The notes beneath the pieces are model-generated. The model saw only the letters and a program-made list of their open reading frames with translations, had not been told where the DNA came from and made no database searches. A stretch of DNA of 61,321 nucleotides, filler included, from Candidatus Babelota bacterium (lineage in GTDB: Bacteria; JAGOBX01), in NCBI GenBank assembly GCA_017999075.1. It is 6 parts of 6 records of this genome, joined end to end, with 100 filler letters (N's around TTAATTAATTAA, not from the genome) between each part and the next. Parts side by side here need not be neighbours in the genome. Positions count along the whole stretch, not along the records: positions 20,658 to 30,783 come from JAGOBX010000088.1; positions 30,884 to 40,993 come from JAGOBX010000089.1; 4 more parts are not named here. One strand, 5' to 3'. The position numbers were made by a program, and so were the translations under genes. Each line of letters begins with the position of its first letter. Position 1 is the first letter of the stretch. Positions 22,265-32,459 of the stretch are shown in pieces.

Positions 22265-23876
22265 TTTAAAACAATTTATTACAAATAATTTTCTTAATAA
22301 TATTGATGGGTCAATAGCTTTGCCTGAGGATTTTCAAAAAATTGAAAACATACAAGAGTATTTTATCAGGTGTGCTGAAATTTTTAAATCCGATAATGCT
22401 GAGTTTTTAAATAAATTCCTTATAATATCTTCATTTTTTGAGAATGAGAATAATTATAAAGTTTTGGATTATGATTCATTAGCTTTGCTTTTTCAGGATA
22501 TTGCCGCAGAAATTAATTTAAAACATGATATAGAATCAAAAAATTGGATTATATATTCATATCCTGAATTTATCGAGGAAGCAGACAGATGTTCCGAGAA
22601 AATATACTCATTAACTTATGTTAATTTAAAAAAACACATTTTATCAGTTCAGAAAACTAAAGAATATATTATTTCAAGACAAAAAAAAATTAATGAATTT
22701 ATTAAAATTGACAGCAACATAATTGATCAGCTTGCGGCAATTATTACAGAACTATCAATAAACAAAAACAAACTTTTAAAATTATCCGGAAAAAGCGGGT
22801 TAGACGATTCCCTGACTGAAATTTCAGGAAATATAAGTAATATAGTAAACAGAATAAATAACAGTCTTTCCAAAATTACTTTTATGCCTTTAATACAGGT
22901 TTTCAATAGATTTCCTTCTATAGTTAACGACCTTGCAAATAAATTGGGAAAAAGGATAATTTTCGTGATAAACGATAATAATGTCGTGATAGATAAAAAA
23001 ATTGCCGATACTGTAGGAGAAGTGTTTATTCATTTGATAAAAAATTCTGTTGATCATGGAATCGAAGAACCTGATATAAGAAAACTTCGTAATAAAAACG
23101 ATGTTGGTTCTATTGAAATAAGAGCTCAGCAAACAGGTAATTACGTTGTTATAAAAATGATAGACGACGGCAAAGGTCTGGACTCGGAAAAAATATTGAA
23201 GAAAGCTCTTGAAAAAAAAATTATAGAAGAGCAGCATATAAAAGAAATGACCGATGAAGAAATTTATGGTTTGATATTTATGCCTGGATTTAGCACTGCG
23301 GAAAAAGTCAGTGATACCTCAGGCCGCGGAGTAGGTATGGATGCTGTTAAAAATAATATAGAAAAAATCGGAGGTACGTTAAGTTTAAAATCAGAATTCG
23401 GAAAAGGAACTACTGTAATTATAAGAATCCCGTTTCAGATAATTTTGACGCAGCTGGTGTTTGCGCGTCTTCATAAATACGGCAGCCTTCTGGCATTTAC
23501 CCTTGACTACATTGAAGATATAATTTATTATGATGGCGGCAACTCTGAAAATTTTGAAGTTTCTGCAAATAATGAAATGTTTTTCAGGAATAATGATTTG
23601 AGAATTCCTGTATGGAGATGTTTGGGACATAAATATGAAAATCTGAATGAATATAAGCGTGCTATAATATTTTCAAATAATGTTGATAAAGTCGCAATAC
23701 CTGTTTTTGAGATTATAGAACAGACTGATGCAATAGTTAAAAATTTTACAGATAGAGATTTAAAAAATAAAATGCCGGAATATTTTATAGGGTATACAAT
23801 ATTTGATGATGAACTTACTCCGGTGCTTGAACCTGATTTCAGCGGTTATAATTCTGGAGGAAAAGATAATAGATGA
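22257..23876 (+). CDS. cheA: CheA-like histidine kinase (P3-P4-P5) without a recognisable HPt domain
   Basis: IKID...IDQL dimerisation start, FNRFP, HLIKNSVDHGIE (N box), DDGKGLD, IFMPGFSTA, SGRGVGMD, GKGT, C-terminal CheW-like domain. Confidence 0.85.
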   Translation: MNNLKQFITNNFLNNIDGSIALPEDFQKIENIQEYFIRCAEIFKSDNAEFLNKFLIISSFFENENNYKVLDYDSLALLFQDIAAEINLKHDIESKNWIIYSYPEFIEEADRCSEKIYSLTYVNLKKHILSVQKTKEYIISRQKKINEFIKIDSNIIDQLAAIITELSINKNKLLKLSGKSGLDDSLTEISGNISNIVNRINNSLSKITFMPLIQVFNRFPSIVNDLANKLGKRIIFVINDNNVVIDKKIADTVGEVFIHLIKNSVDHGIEEPDIRKLRNKNDVGSIEIRAQQTGNYVVIKMIDDGKGLDSEKILKKALEKKIIEEQHIKEMTDEEIYGLIFMPGFSTAEKVSDTSGRGVGMDAVKNNIEKIGGTLSLKSEFGKGTTVIIRIPFQIILTQLVFARLHKYGSLLAFTLDYIEDIIYYDGGNSENFEVSANNEMFFRNNDLRIPVWRCLGHKYENLNEYKRAIIFSNNVDKVAIPVFEIIEQTDAIVKNFTDRDLKNKMPEYFIGYTIFDDELTPVLEPDFSGYNSGGKDNR

Positions 23877-25081
23877 TCAACCAGCGGATAAAATTATATT
23901 TATATTTATTTTTAAGCGTACTATCAATATTAGTTAATTTTGCCGGATATTATTATATTTCCATTTATAACCGGAATATATTGAATTTGTTTTTTATAAT
24001 AAGCCCTTTGATTACAATTTTTGTTTTTTTTGTTGGCACAAATTATATATTTGAAAAAATTTTAAAAAATAAATTTCAGATATTTTCGGATGATTATTTT
24101 CAAAATTATTCTTTGAAAAAAACAGAAAGTATTAAGATTTTAAAAACAGAAACTATTGATCAGCTTATGTCTCAGATTTTTTCTGATATAAAAAGAATTA
24201 AATTAGAAAATATTGATGCAAATGAAAAATTGAAGAAATTTATCGTTTTATCAAATGAATTTTCATCAGAACTCGAATCGTTTAAGATTTCAAGTATAAC
24301 TGATTTAAAAAACGGGCAAACCAACTGCGGGTACATACTTAAAAAAACAGGTGAAATTTCAGATTTTTTATTTGAGTCTGAGACAATATTAAAATCAATT
24401 AAAATTAATTTTACAAATTCTATCGGAAAAATAGATGGGAATTTAAAAAATAAAACTAAACTTACTGAACATTTGAATAAATTGATTTTGATTACAAAAG
24501 ATTTTGATAAAATATTTGAAAATATTCAAGAGTTCGGCAGCGACTTTAAATCTAAAGAAGAAACTGTTATTTCAAAAATAACCAATATGATAAATAATGT
24601 TGAACGGCAGTCTATAAATATATTGAACGCTTATATTTTTTCAAATCAGGAAAATCAGTCTGCAACTGTATCAGATCATTCGTCTGAGTTTGAGCGTGAA
24701 GAAAATCTTCAGAATATAAAGAATATGAACGAATCTATAAAAAATGAAATTATGCAGATAAAAAATTCCCTTCTTGTGTTATTCGAATTAACAAAGATTT
24801 TTAAAACTGAGTTTGACAAAAATGCGGATGTTTTCAAACAGCTGAACGGTTATCTGGCTCAGATTCCGCAATATATTTCGAATTTTTTTGAAACCGATGA
24901 TTTGATAAAAAATATTTTGCAGCGCGATTCTTTACAGCTGACAAAAATGTTTGATAAGCTTAATAATGAAACTGAAAATGTGAAAAACATTAATCTTAAA
25001 CTCAATAATTTATCGAAAAGCATTGATGATTTTAATTCTGAGATTATTAAATTGAATTTTGGTGTAACTGAAGAATCCTGA
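23873..25081 (+). CDS. Two-TM coiled-coil protein, probably a degenerate MCP-like protein
   Basis: Two adjacent N-terminal TMs and long heptad repeats; ERQSINILNAYIFS weakly echoes the MCP tip motif; 4-nt overlap with cheA. Confidence 0.45.
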   Translation: MINQRIKLYLYLFLSVLSILVNFAGYYYISIYNRNILNLFFIISPLITIFVFFVGTNYIFEKILKNKFQIFSDDYFQNYSLKKTESIKILKTETIDQLMSQIFSDIKRIKLENIDANEKLKKFIVLSNEFSSELESFKISSITDLKNGQTNCGYILKKTGEISDFLFESETILKSIKINFTNSIGKIDGNLKNKTKLTEHLNKLILITKDFDKIFENIQEFGSDFKSKEETVISKITNMINNVERQSINILNAYIFSNQENQSATVSDHSSEFEREENLQNIKNMNESIKNEIMQIKNSLLVLFELTKIFKTEFDKNADVFKQLNGYLAQIPQYISNFFETDDLIKNILQRDSLQLTKMFDKLNNETENVKNINLKLNNLSKSIDDFNSEIIKLNFGVTEES

Positions 25082-25095
25082 GATTAATGTTTTGT

Positions 25096-26133
25096 TTATT
25101 TTTTTGTACACGCCAGTTGGCCGCATGCCGCATTAATATTTTTACCTTTGCTTCTTCTGATAATTGCCCTGATTTTATTGTAGTTGAGTTTGTCGAAAAA
25201 CAAATTTATAGTATTTTCTTCTGAAGAAACAAATCCGCTGAATTTTGATTCGTTAAACTTGATTAGATTAACTTTGCATTTTACTTTTTTGCATAGTTTG
25301 ATTAGTTCATTTAAACATTCTGCAGTATCATTAATTCCTTTCAGCATAACGTATTCTAAAGTTAAAATGTTTTTGGGTTTCTTTTTTGAATAATAAGCAA
25401 GACTTTCAAATAATTCTTTTATTCCGTATTTTTTATTTACCGGCATAAGTTTTGATCGCAGAACGTCATTGGTGGCGTTTAATGAAACTGCAAGTTCATA
25501 CCGCTTGGGATTGTCGGCGAATTTATAAATTTCAGGAACTATTCCTGCCGTTGAAATTGTTATTCTGTTAGCTCCGAAATGCATTCCGAATTCTGAACTT
25601 AAAATTCCGCATACTTTCATTACATTTTCGTAATTATTAAATGGTTCGCCCATTCCCATAAAAACAATGTTGGTAAGTTTCCCTCCGGAATTTTCCAGTA
25701 GTTTTTTTGAAAATAATATCTGATCCAGGATTTCAAAAGATTCAAGGTTGCGTATGAATTTTATCCCCTGCCCTGTAGCGCAGAATTTACAGTCTAATGC
25801 GCATCCGCATTGAGTGGATACGCATAAAGTAGTTCTTGATTGTTCGGGAATTATGACTGATTCGATAAAATTATTGTCTTTAAGTTTGAATAATAATTTT
25901 TGAGCATTATCGGTTTTATCGTTTTGAATTTCCGATAATTCTATTTTTTCTATGGATACTGTTCCTGATAAATGTTCTCTTAACTGTTTTGATAAATCGG
26001 TCATCGAATCTATTGATTCGGCGTAACGCTGGTAGAGCCATTTGAATATTTGGCGGGATCTGTATTTTTCAGCTCCGGAAATTTTAATTATATTTTCAAG
26101 CTCGTCTAAGGATAATCCTTTGATATTAATCAT
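25096..26133 (-). CDS. rlmN: 23S rRNA (adenine2503-C2) methyltransferase RlmN
   Basis: CVSTQCGCALDCKFCATG, NIVFMGMGEP, ISTAG, LAVSLNA, AACGQL. Confidence 0.95.
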   Translation of the reverse strand: MINIKGLSLDELENIIKISGAEKYRSRQIFKWLYQRYAESIDSMTDLSKQLREHLSGTVSIEKIELSEIQNDKTDNAQKLLFKLKDNNFIESVIIPEQSRTTLCVSTQCGCALDCKFCATGQGIKFIRNLESFEILDQILFSKKLLENSGGKLTNIVFMGMGEPFNNYENVMKVCGILSSEFGMHFGANRITISTAGIVPEIYKFADNPKRYELAVSLNATNDVLRSKLMPVNKKYGIKELFESLAYYSKKKPKNILTLEYVMLKGINDTAECLNELIKLCKKVKCKVNLIKFNESKFSGFVSSEENTINLFFDKLNYNKIRAIIRRSKGKNINAACGQLACTKK

Positions 26134-27322
26134 CTGATATATTCTGTGTTTTAGATGTTGCAGGAATCACGTTTTCATTTTTCGGCAGCGTAAAATAAAA
26201 AGTTGTTCCTTTATCTTGTTCGCTTGCAACCCATATTTTTCCGCCGTGAGATTCTACGATTCCTTTGCATATTGATAAACCGAGTCCGCTGCTTTTTATT
26301 TTTTTCTGAATTTTTATTTTTGAATCAATGTTTGCGAATCTGTCAAAAATATAAGGCAGATCTTCGTTTTTGATGCCGATACCGTTATCTTTCACATAAC
26401 ACTTTATAAAATTTTCATTATGACTTTTTGCGCCGATAATTATTTTCCCGCCTTTTTGAGAAAATTTTACGGCGTTATTAATGAGATTGGTTAATATTTC
26501 GTCAACCTTTTGAATATCAATAAAAACAGTATTTAGATTATCTTCAATTTCAAGAGAAAAATCAAGTTCTTCATAAGTGTATAAAGTTATTATGTCGTGA
26601 TAATACTGCGTTAAAAAATCATTGAAATCTGTTGCCATTATATTCAGTACTAATTTTCCAGACTCGAGTTTTGCAGCATCGATAATATTATCAACCAGGT
26701 TTGATATATTTTTGCTTCGTTTAAGGATTATTTTTAATGACTGCTGGTATTTAGAATCGAGTTTGCCGTATTTCTGCATCAGAATAAGATAACAATGACC
26801 TATTATTCCTGTAAGATTGTTTCTGATATCATGAGATGCTGTTGATAAAAAAATATCTTTTATATCATTAAGCCGTTTCAATTTTTTATTTTGATTTTCG
26901 AGATATTTTTTCATGAACGTGTTTTTTAAAATCATATTAACACGCGCATTGAGTTCTGTTGAGTTGAAAGGTTTTGGAATGTAATCGTCTGCTCCTGATT
27001 TAAATCCTTCCACCCTGTCTTCGCTGTCTGATTTTGCAGTTATCAGTATTATAGGTATATGTTCGGTGTCAGAAGAATTTTTTAATAATTTGCATATCTC
27101 TAATCCGCTGAGATCAGGAAGTATTATATCAAGAAGCACCAAATCAATATCATCGTTATTTTGACAAATATATTCGTAGGCTTCTCTTCCTTCGGTAAAT
27201 GTTATGAATTTAAAATTTTTGTTGTTGCTGCTTAAAACATTTACTATCAGTTGAAGATTGGTGTATACATCATCAACAATAACGATTTTAAATTCATGGC
27301 TTATTAATATTCTATCTACCAT
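26126..27322 (-). CDS. Hybrid response regulator/sensor histidine kinase (REC-HisKA-HATPase)
   Basis: IVDD, LLDIILP, KPF; ASHDIRN; NLINNAVKF, DNGIGI, GLGLSI, GTTFYF. Confidence 0.92.
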   Translation of the reverse strand: MVDRILISHEFKIVIVDDVYTNLQLIVNVLSSNNKNFKFITFTEGREAYEYICQNNDDIDLVLLDIILPDLSGLEICKLLKNSSDTEHIPIILITAKSDSEDRVEGFKSGADDYIPKPFNSTELNARVNMILKNTFMKKYLENQNKKLKRLNDIKDIFLSTASHDIRNNLTGIIGHCYLILMQKYGKLDSKYQQSLKIILKRSKNISNLVDNIIDAAKLESGKLVLNIMATDFNDFLTQYYHDIITLYTYEELDFSLEIEDNLNTVFIDIQKVDEILTNLINNAVKFSQKGGKIIIGAKSHNENFIKCYVKDNGIGIKNEDLPYIFDRFANIDSKIKIQKKIKSSGLGLSICKGIVESHGGKIWVASEQDKGTTFYFTLPKNENVIPATSKTQNISDD

Positions 27323-27367
27323 AAATATTTCCTGATGAAATTAATTTAAAAAAATTATCAAAATTTA

Positions 27368-27784
27368 TTATAATACTGTATATTTCCGGAATAGAAAAAT
27401 TTGAGCGAACTGATTGAAATTTTTAGGAATTTGTCCGGTCATATAAAATCCGATTATAGTAACAAGATAACTTATAAAAATCCACAGTATGAATATCATT
27501 TCCATTTTCGTAATATATATTTTTTCGCCTTTGATGTATCCTATCCAGAAATATACAAGAGGAATAATCAGAATAAAGAATATCATTGGTTCACACCAGA
27601 TTAAAGCGTTTCCCCATAAAAATAATTGTAGAAGAATTAAATGAAGCAAAGTCCGCTGATCAGTATAATCCATATTGTCGGGATCAAAATAAAAATTAAT
27701 TTTGAAAAATAAACAGTAAAGGACATAAGCTGCATTTACTGAATTTATTATTCCCCAAATCCAATGAAAACCAGTGAAACTCAT
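27368..27784 (-). CDS. Hypothetical membrane protein (about 4 TM)
   Basis: Hydrophobic ORF in an operon-like minus-strand run. Confidence 0.55.
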   Translation of the reverse strand: MSFTGFHWIWGIINSVNAAYVLYCLFFKINFYFDPDNMDYTDQRTLLHLILLQLFLWGNALIWCEPMIFFILIIPLVYFWIGYIKGEKIYITKMEMIFILWIFISYLVTIIGFYMTGQIPKNFNQFAQIFLFRKYTVL

Positions 27785-27797
27785 AATTTTTTATACT

Positions 27798-28529
27798 CTA
27801 AAATTTTTCGGCGTTAATTTTTAATTTTTCAAAACCTGATTTGACTGCAGGACCAAGTTTTTCAAAATTGTCAGTCAATTCCGGTTCGTTTAAAAAAGTA
27901 TAGAAAGGAACTTTTATATTATTTATTTCAAAATAATCGCTGTTTGAATAAGTTAAGTTGTCCCAATCATCAACCCTGTAAACTTCCATAACATAATCAG
28001 GAAGCGCATGCTGCAGTATGCTGTCTTTTGCATCAGGGTTGTATCTGCGTCTGTTTTTTCTGCATGATTCATCAAAAGATACTTTAGTATAAAAAACAAC
28101 AGCGCGTTTTAATATATCTTCAGACAGCAATGAGAATGCTGTTTTATATGCATCGATTCCGCCGCGTGAAAATTCAATAAATAAAGTATGAGTATTAAAA
28201 AAATCTTTTTTGTTTGAAAATTTTTTATTGTAAGATGTATTTATTTTTTTTATCAGGAATTTGTATAGAAATTTGTCAGATACAGAATAACCTGTCGGAT
28301 CTTTTTTTGTGTAAAGGCGCTGCCTGCCGAGTTCTTCGAGAATATCATCTTCTTCGCCTTTTTCCCACAAATCAACAAAATCGTCTAAAGTTTCATAATC
28401 CGATATATGCATTTTTTTTATCAATTCGTCTTTTTGTTGTTTTTTTATATAATCAATTACTTCGGATTTGCCTGCTGCGGGTCTTCCTAAAAATATGATT
28501 ATATTGAACGTATTATTGGTTATTCTCAT
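27798..28529 (-). CDS. Uncharacterised P-loop (nucleotide-kinase-like) protein
   Basis: N-terminal IIIFLGRPAAGKSE Walker A; IEFSRG; RKNRRR lid-like segment. Confidence 0.6.
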   Translation of the reverse strand: MRITNNTFNIIIFLGRPAAGKSEVIDYIKKQQKDELIKKMHISDYETLDDFVDLWEKGEEDDILEELGRQRLYTKKDPTGYSVSDKFLYKFLIKKINTSYNKKFSNKKDFFNTHTLFIEFSRGGIDAYKTAFSLLSEDILKRAVVFYTKVSFDESCRKNRRRYNPDAKDSILQHALPDYVMEVYRVDDWDNLTYSNSDYFEINNIKVPFYTFLNEPELTDNFEKLGPAVKSGFEKLKINAEKF

Positions 28530-28648
28530 ATATTTATATTTCCATAAAATATTTTAAAATCTATAGTAACCAGAATTATCTTTTTTATATTACAAACGAT
28601 ATCATAAAAAATCAAGATTAAAATTTTCATATTGTTTTTGAAAACAAC

Positions 28649-28677
28649 TTGACAAAACACACGCTTTTTTATAGCAT
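28649..28677 (+). promoter_or_regulatory. Putative sigma70 promoter
   Basis: TTGACA(28649-28654)-17 nt-TAGCAT(28672-28677). Confidence 0.5.
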
Positions 28678-28760
28678 AACTTTGCAAAAAAATATGCTGA
28701 ATTTTTTATTGCTAATAATTAGAAGACCGATATTTTTCAAATGATTTTATTGAGTTATAT

Positions 28761-30419
28761 ATGAAATGCGTTAATAAAAAAAAATTATATGTTTTTATTT
28801 TAGGATTGATAGTCCTGTTTTCTATTTACATAAGAATTTCAGGGTTAGATAAATATCCCGGAATAAATGCTGATGAATCATGGATGGCAAACAAAGCGTA
28901 TTATATCCATACTACTTCTATTCTGGAAAATCTTGGAGGAATGAATAATTATACAGGTCTTTTGACTCCGGCTTTTATGAATTACTGGGGAAAATTATTC
29001 GGATTTACGCATTACAGCATGAGACTGCTGTCGGTTTTTTTTAGTTTAATAACAATAATTCTAACTTATATCATCTGCTTTTTTTTATTTTCCAAAGCTG
29101 TTTCTGTTATATCCTGTCTGTTATTATCTTCTTCGATATTTTTTATATGCTACAGCAAGATTGCCACTCCGCACGTGTGGATAACTTCGTTTTTATTGAT
29201 TTCATATTTTCTTTTGAATCATTTTATAAATACCGGTAGAACTAAAAAATACATTTTGATTATTATTATTTTGCTTGTAGCTTTTGCCGTACAACTAAAC
29301 CCTGCTCCGATTTTATTTTTTGTTTTTATGTTTTTTGTTTTAATTGACAAACAAAGTATTTTAAAATTTTATAAAAATAAATATTTCCCATTATTCATTA
29401 TAATTTTTATTTTAGGAACATCTTCGATGTTTTTTTATACTTTTAAAATCATAATAAATATAGTGAAAATGAATTATGATTATCTCGCATCGTTAGGTTT
29501 TTATAATGTCGCGGCAAAAATGTTATACAGGATTCCGGTTTATTTTGAAGTTTTATTTCTAACTGTAAGCGGTTGGCGTTCCATTATATATTTTAGCGGG
29601 TTTCCTGCGGAATCATATAAAATAGTATTTTTAATTTCAGGGATTATATTTGTTTCACCTGTGTTTTTTTTATATAAAAGTAAAGATAAAAATGACATGC
29701 TTATATTTTATTATATATTGATACATATTTTGGTTATGCCGTTTTTTCTTGAATTTTTTAATAGAAATATGCATTTTCCTCTGCTTGGCGAAGAACGTTA
29801 TTTTATGGTATTGTATCCTTTTATTATAATCGGTGCGGTTCGGGGTTGGGAGTTTTTTTTTAATAAGTATAATTATAGAAAAATATTTTATATGTCCGCA
29901 GCAGTATATTTTATTATTATATTAATAGTTTTTAAATCAATGTATGCTGATGTGTTTGAAAAAACAGGAGGCGGAGACGGAGAGTCTTTGGTTAGAAAAG
30001 TTTATGCTGTTAATGAAAAGCCTGTAATTGAAGAAGTCTGGCAATACTTGAATGAAAATTACAAAAATGAACTTGACAATTCTGTTTTTATAGCTCCGTC
30101 TTTTTGGACATACCATCCTTTGAAATTTTGTTCACTTGATAAAATTAAAAATTTGTATTTCTGGCCTGAAAAACAGATCCCTGAAATATGGATTACTGAT
30201 AAAAATAAAATGCAGTATAAATTTGCCACTATAGGCTGGTTTGAGTTTTTTAAATATTTTTATAATAAAAACATATATTTGATAACTTTTACTGATTCGA
30301 GTGAAAATTATTATTTAAACCGCTTAAAAGAATTAAGTGTATCGTATGATGTGATAAAAACTTTTTATAAAAAGAATAATGCGGCAATATTAAAACTTTA
30401 CAGAATTAAATCCAATTAA
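28761..30419 (+). CDS. GT-C fold glycosyltransferase (ArnT/PMT-like)
   Basis: IRISGL...NADES loop after TM1, MRLLSV, many TMs, ERYF motif, soluble C-terminal domain. Confidence 0.75.
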   Translation: MKCVNKKKLYVFILGLIVLFSIYIRISGLDKYPGINADESWMANKAYYIHTTSILENLGGMNNYTGLLTPAFMNYWGKLFGFTHYSMRLLSVFFSLITIILTYIICFFLFSKAVSVISCLLLSSSIFFICYSKIATPHVWITSFLLISYFLLNHFINTGRTKKYILIIIILLVAFAVQLNPAPILFFVFMFFVLIDKQSILKFYKNKYFPLFIIIFILGTSSMFFYTFKIIINIVKMNYDYLASLGFYNVAAKMLYRIPVYFEVLFLTVSGWRSIIYFSGFPAESYKIVFLISGIIFVSPVFFLYKSKDKNDMLIFYYILIHILVMPFFLEFFNRNMHFPLLGEERYFMVLYPFIIIGAVRGWEFFFNKYNYRKIFYMSAAVYFIIILIVFKSMYADVFEKTGGGDGESLVRKVYAVNEKPVIEEVWQYLNENYKNELDNSVFIAPSFWTYHPLKFCSLDKIKNLYFWPEKQIPEIWITDKNKMQYKFATIGWFEFFKYFYNKNIYLITFTDSSENYYLNRLKELSVSYDVIKTFYKKNNAAILKLYRIKSN

Positions 30420-30783
30420 TCTTAAAAACGCAATATTTAGTAAATAAAAAGAAAAAAAGAAAAAACAGGAATGAAAAATTTTTATTAACATAAAAAGCAT
30501 TAAGGGAATAAAAGGAAAAAAAGAAAATATGTTGCTTGGATTGAGGGTTCGACAGCTTTATTTTATAGAATTTTTAAATCAAAGGACATATATTTTAAGT
30601 CAGAAATATATAATTTTATAATTCCTAACATTATATTTTAAAACTGCTGGTTCTGATGGTTGCGGATATTTTTAAAGAATAAAAATTAGAATGAAGTATA
30701 TTATAATTGTTAAACAATAAAAATAATGAAAATGTTTGAAAAAAATATTGCAGTTTCGGTATTAAATTTTTTTATTCCTGTTA

Positions 30784-30883
30784 NNNNNNNNNNNNNNNNN
30801 NNNNNNNNNNNNNNNNNNNNNNNNNNNTTAATTAATTAANNNNNNNNNNNNNNNNNNNNNNNNNNNNNNNNNNNNNNNNNNNN
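30784..30883. other. Artificial contig linker
   Basis: N44-TTAATTAATTAA-N44. Confidence 0.98.
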
Positions 30884-31301
30884 AGCATATTCCATCCCAC
30901 ATTTCTATTATCAATTCATAAAATGCCTGTAATCTTCCCGGAATCATTTGAAGATTCTTATAAACTTTTCTTGCAACCAGTATGTGAAAAATTATTATAA
31001 CCCACGCTACTGTGAATGATACTTTATTCAATACCCAGAAATTATAAGGTTCCTCTTTTTCGTCTTCTGATTCTGCTTCGGAATTTTTATTTGACTGGTC
31101 TGCAGCAGCAGCGGATTCTTTTGCTTTTTCTGATTTTTCAGAATTGATTCCGAAAAATTCTTTCAGGTTCAAACGTTCAACTTCGCCTATAACAGGCATT
31201 GGCCTTTTGTCAATCGCAGCAACAAACGCTAAAATCATATGAACAACAAACAGCGTAACCAATATTGTCAATATATGTTTTTTTACAGACACAATTGTCA
31301 A
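30884..31301 (-). CDS. atpB: F0F1 ATP synthase subunit a, 3'-truncated by contig end
   Basis: LQMIPGRLQAFYELII motif typical of subunit a; directly follows an atpI-like gene. Confidence 0.75.
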
Positions 31302-31756
31302 CCCCTATTTTTTTTTTTTATAATAAAATCATAAATATACAAAAAATAAATCGATATCTGAACGCTGAACAATCCAATGATTGTCGTTATTATATTAATT
31401 TCATTTTTTTTAATTGACGCTGCTATCAAAACTCCAGCCATTATCATATAACGCAAAAAATAACTTTTTAAAAGTTCTGCAACTCCGTTGTTTTTATTTT
31501 CGGTTTTTGCATTTGAACTTCCGTTATTTTTTTCCTTTAACTCCGCGCCAATTACATTTTCAGTTTTTCTCGCAAGAAGCTGAAAATTCAGCAAACTTGC
31601 TATGACTCCGCAAAGAAGTCCTTTTAATAATGCCGAAATATTATTTGATTTATAAAAAAAAGTCAATATAAAAATTATTAAAAATACCGAAAAAATTAAA
31701 GTCGTGAATATTATCACATTTTTAAATTTAGGATATGGTAATTCAAATATACTCAT
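31298..31756 (-). CDS. atpI: ATP synthase protein I
   Basis: 4 TMs, GLLCGVIASLLNFQLL, YFLRY, IIGL; upstream of atpB. Confidence 0.75.
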   Translation of the reverse strand: MSIFELPYPKFKNVIIFTTLIFSVFLIIFILTFFYKSNNISALLKGLLCGVIASLLNFQLLARKTENVIGAELKEKNNGSSNAKTENKNNGVAELLKSYFLRYMIMAGVLIAASIKKNEINIITTIIGLFSVQISIYFLYIYDFIIKKKNRG

Positions 31757-31791
31757 TTTCGGTAAAATTTGTATTTACTCATATATTGTTT

Positions 31792-32094
31792 TTATATTTT
31801 TTTTATATACAAAGCAATGTCTTTTGAAGAGTCGATAATATTATCAAGAGGAAATGCTTCTTCAATAAGCATTATGGGAATATCTTCTCTTATCGGATAG
31901 AGATATTTTTTATCATTTCTTATTAATCCGCCGTTAATTTTTTCTGACACTTTATCTCCATTTCGGTTAACTAATTTATTTTCTGAAATCAGATTATTTA
32001 ATTTATTTATCAAATCATCATTAGCGAGAAATACATCTTCCTTAGTTTCTGGGCAGCACAAAATATCAAGCAATTCTTTATCTATCATAATCAA
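31792..32094 (-). CDS. Trm112-family protein
   Basis: IDKELLDILCCPETK...YPIREDIPIMLIEEA. Confidence 0.85.
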   Translation of the reverse strand: MIMIDKELLDILCCPETKEDVFLANDDLINKLNNLISENKLVNRNGDKVSEKINGGLIRNDKKYLYPIREDIPIMLIEEAFPLDNIIDSSKDIALYIKKI

Positions 32095-32164
32095 AATTCC
32101 TCCAGAATAAATTTCTATCTTAAAAAAAATCTGTGATTAGCGGGTTAGCAAATCACAGGTATTG

Positions 32165-32437
32165 TCACAATCTTTTTTTAGCCATTTTAGGATTTGTTTT
32201 CATCTTGTCCCATTTTTTTTCATTTGGGTTATCATTCAGCTTATCTTTGAATTTTGTGCCTCCAACAGTACGGTTTGCGGCTCGTCTTGCTGCAGCTTCT
32301 TTTATTTCCTGTTGTTTGGATATATAATCTTTTTCTACTGCTTTTTTAATAGTCGATTTATTTATAAAGCGCAATATAACCTGAAAAGCAATTATTCCGA
32401 CAACTATTATCGGAACATACAATGCTAAATTATCCAT
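32165..32437 (-). CDS. Hypothetical small membrane-anchored basic protein
   Basis: N-terminal TM then Lys/Arg-rich tail; co-oriented with neighbours. Confidence 0.5.
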   Translation of the reverse strand: MDNLALYVPIIVVGIIAFQVILRFINKSTIKKAVEKDYISKQQEIKEAAARRAANRTVGGTKFKDKLNDNPNEKKWDKMKTNPKMAKKRL

Positions 32438-32459
32438 AAAAAATAACTAAAAACCCGAT

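Noticed and set aside
30420-30783. Non-coding stretch with GGTTCGA and purine-rich runs; short minus-strand gene tail at about 30710-30783
   Set aside because: No cloverleaf around GGTTCGA, the runs are low complexity, and the tail is too short to assign
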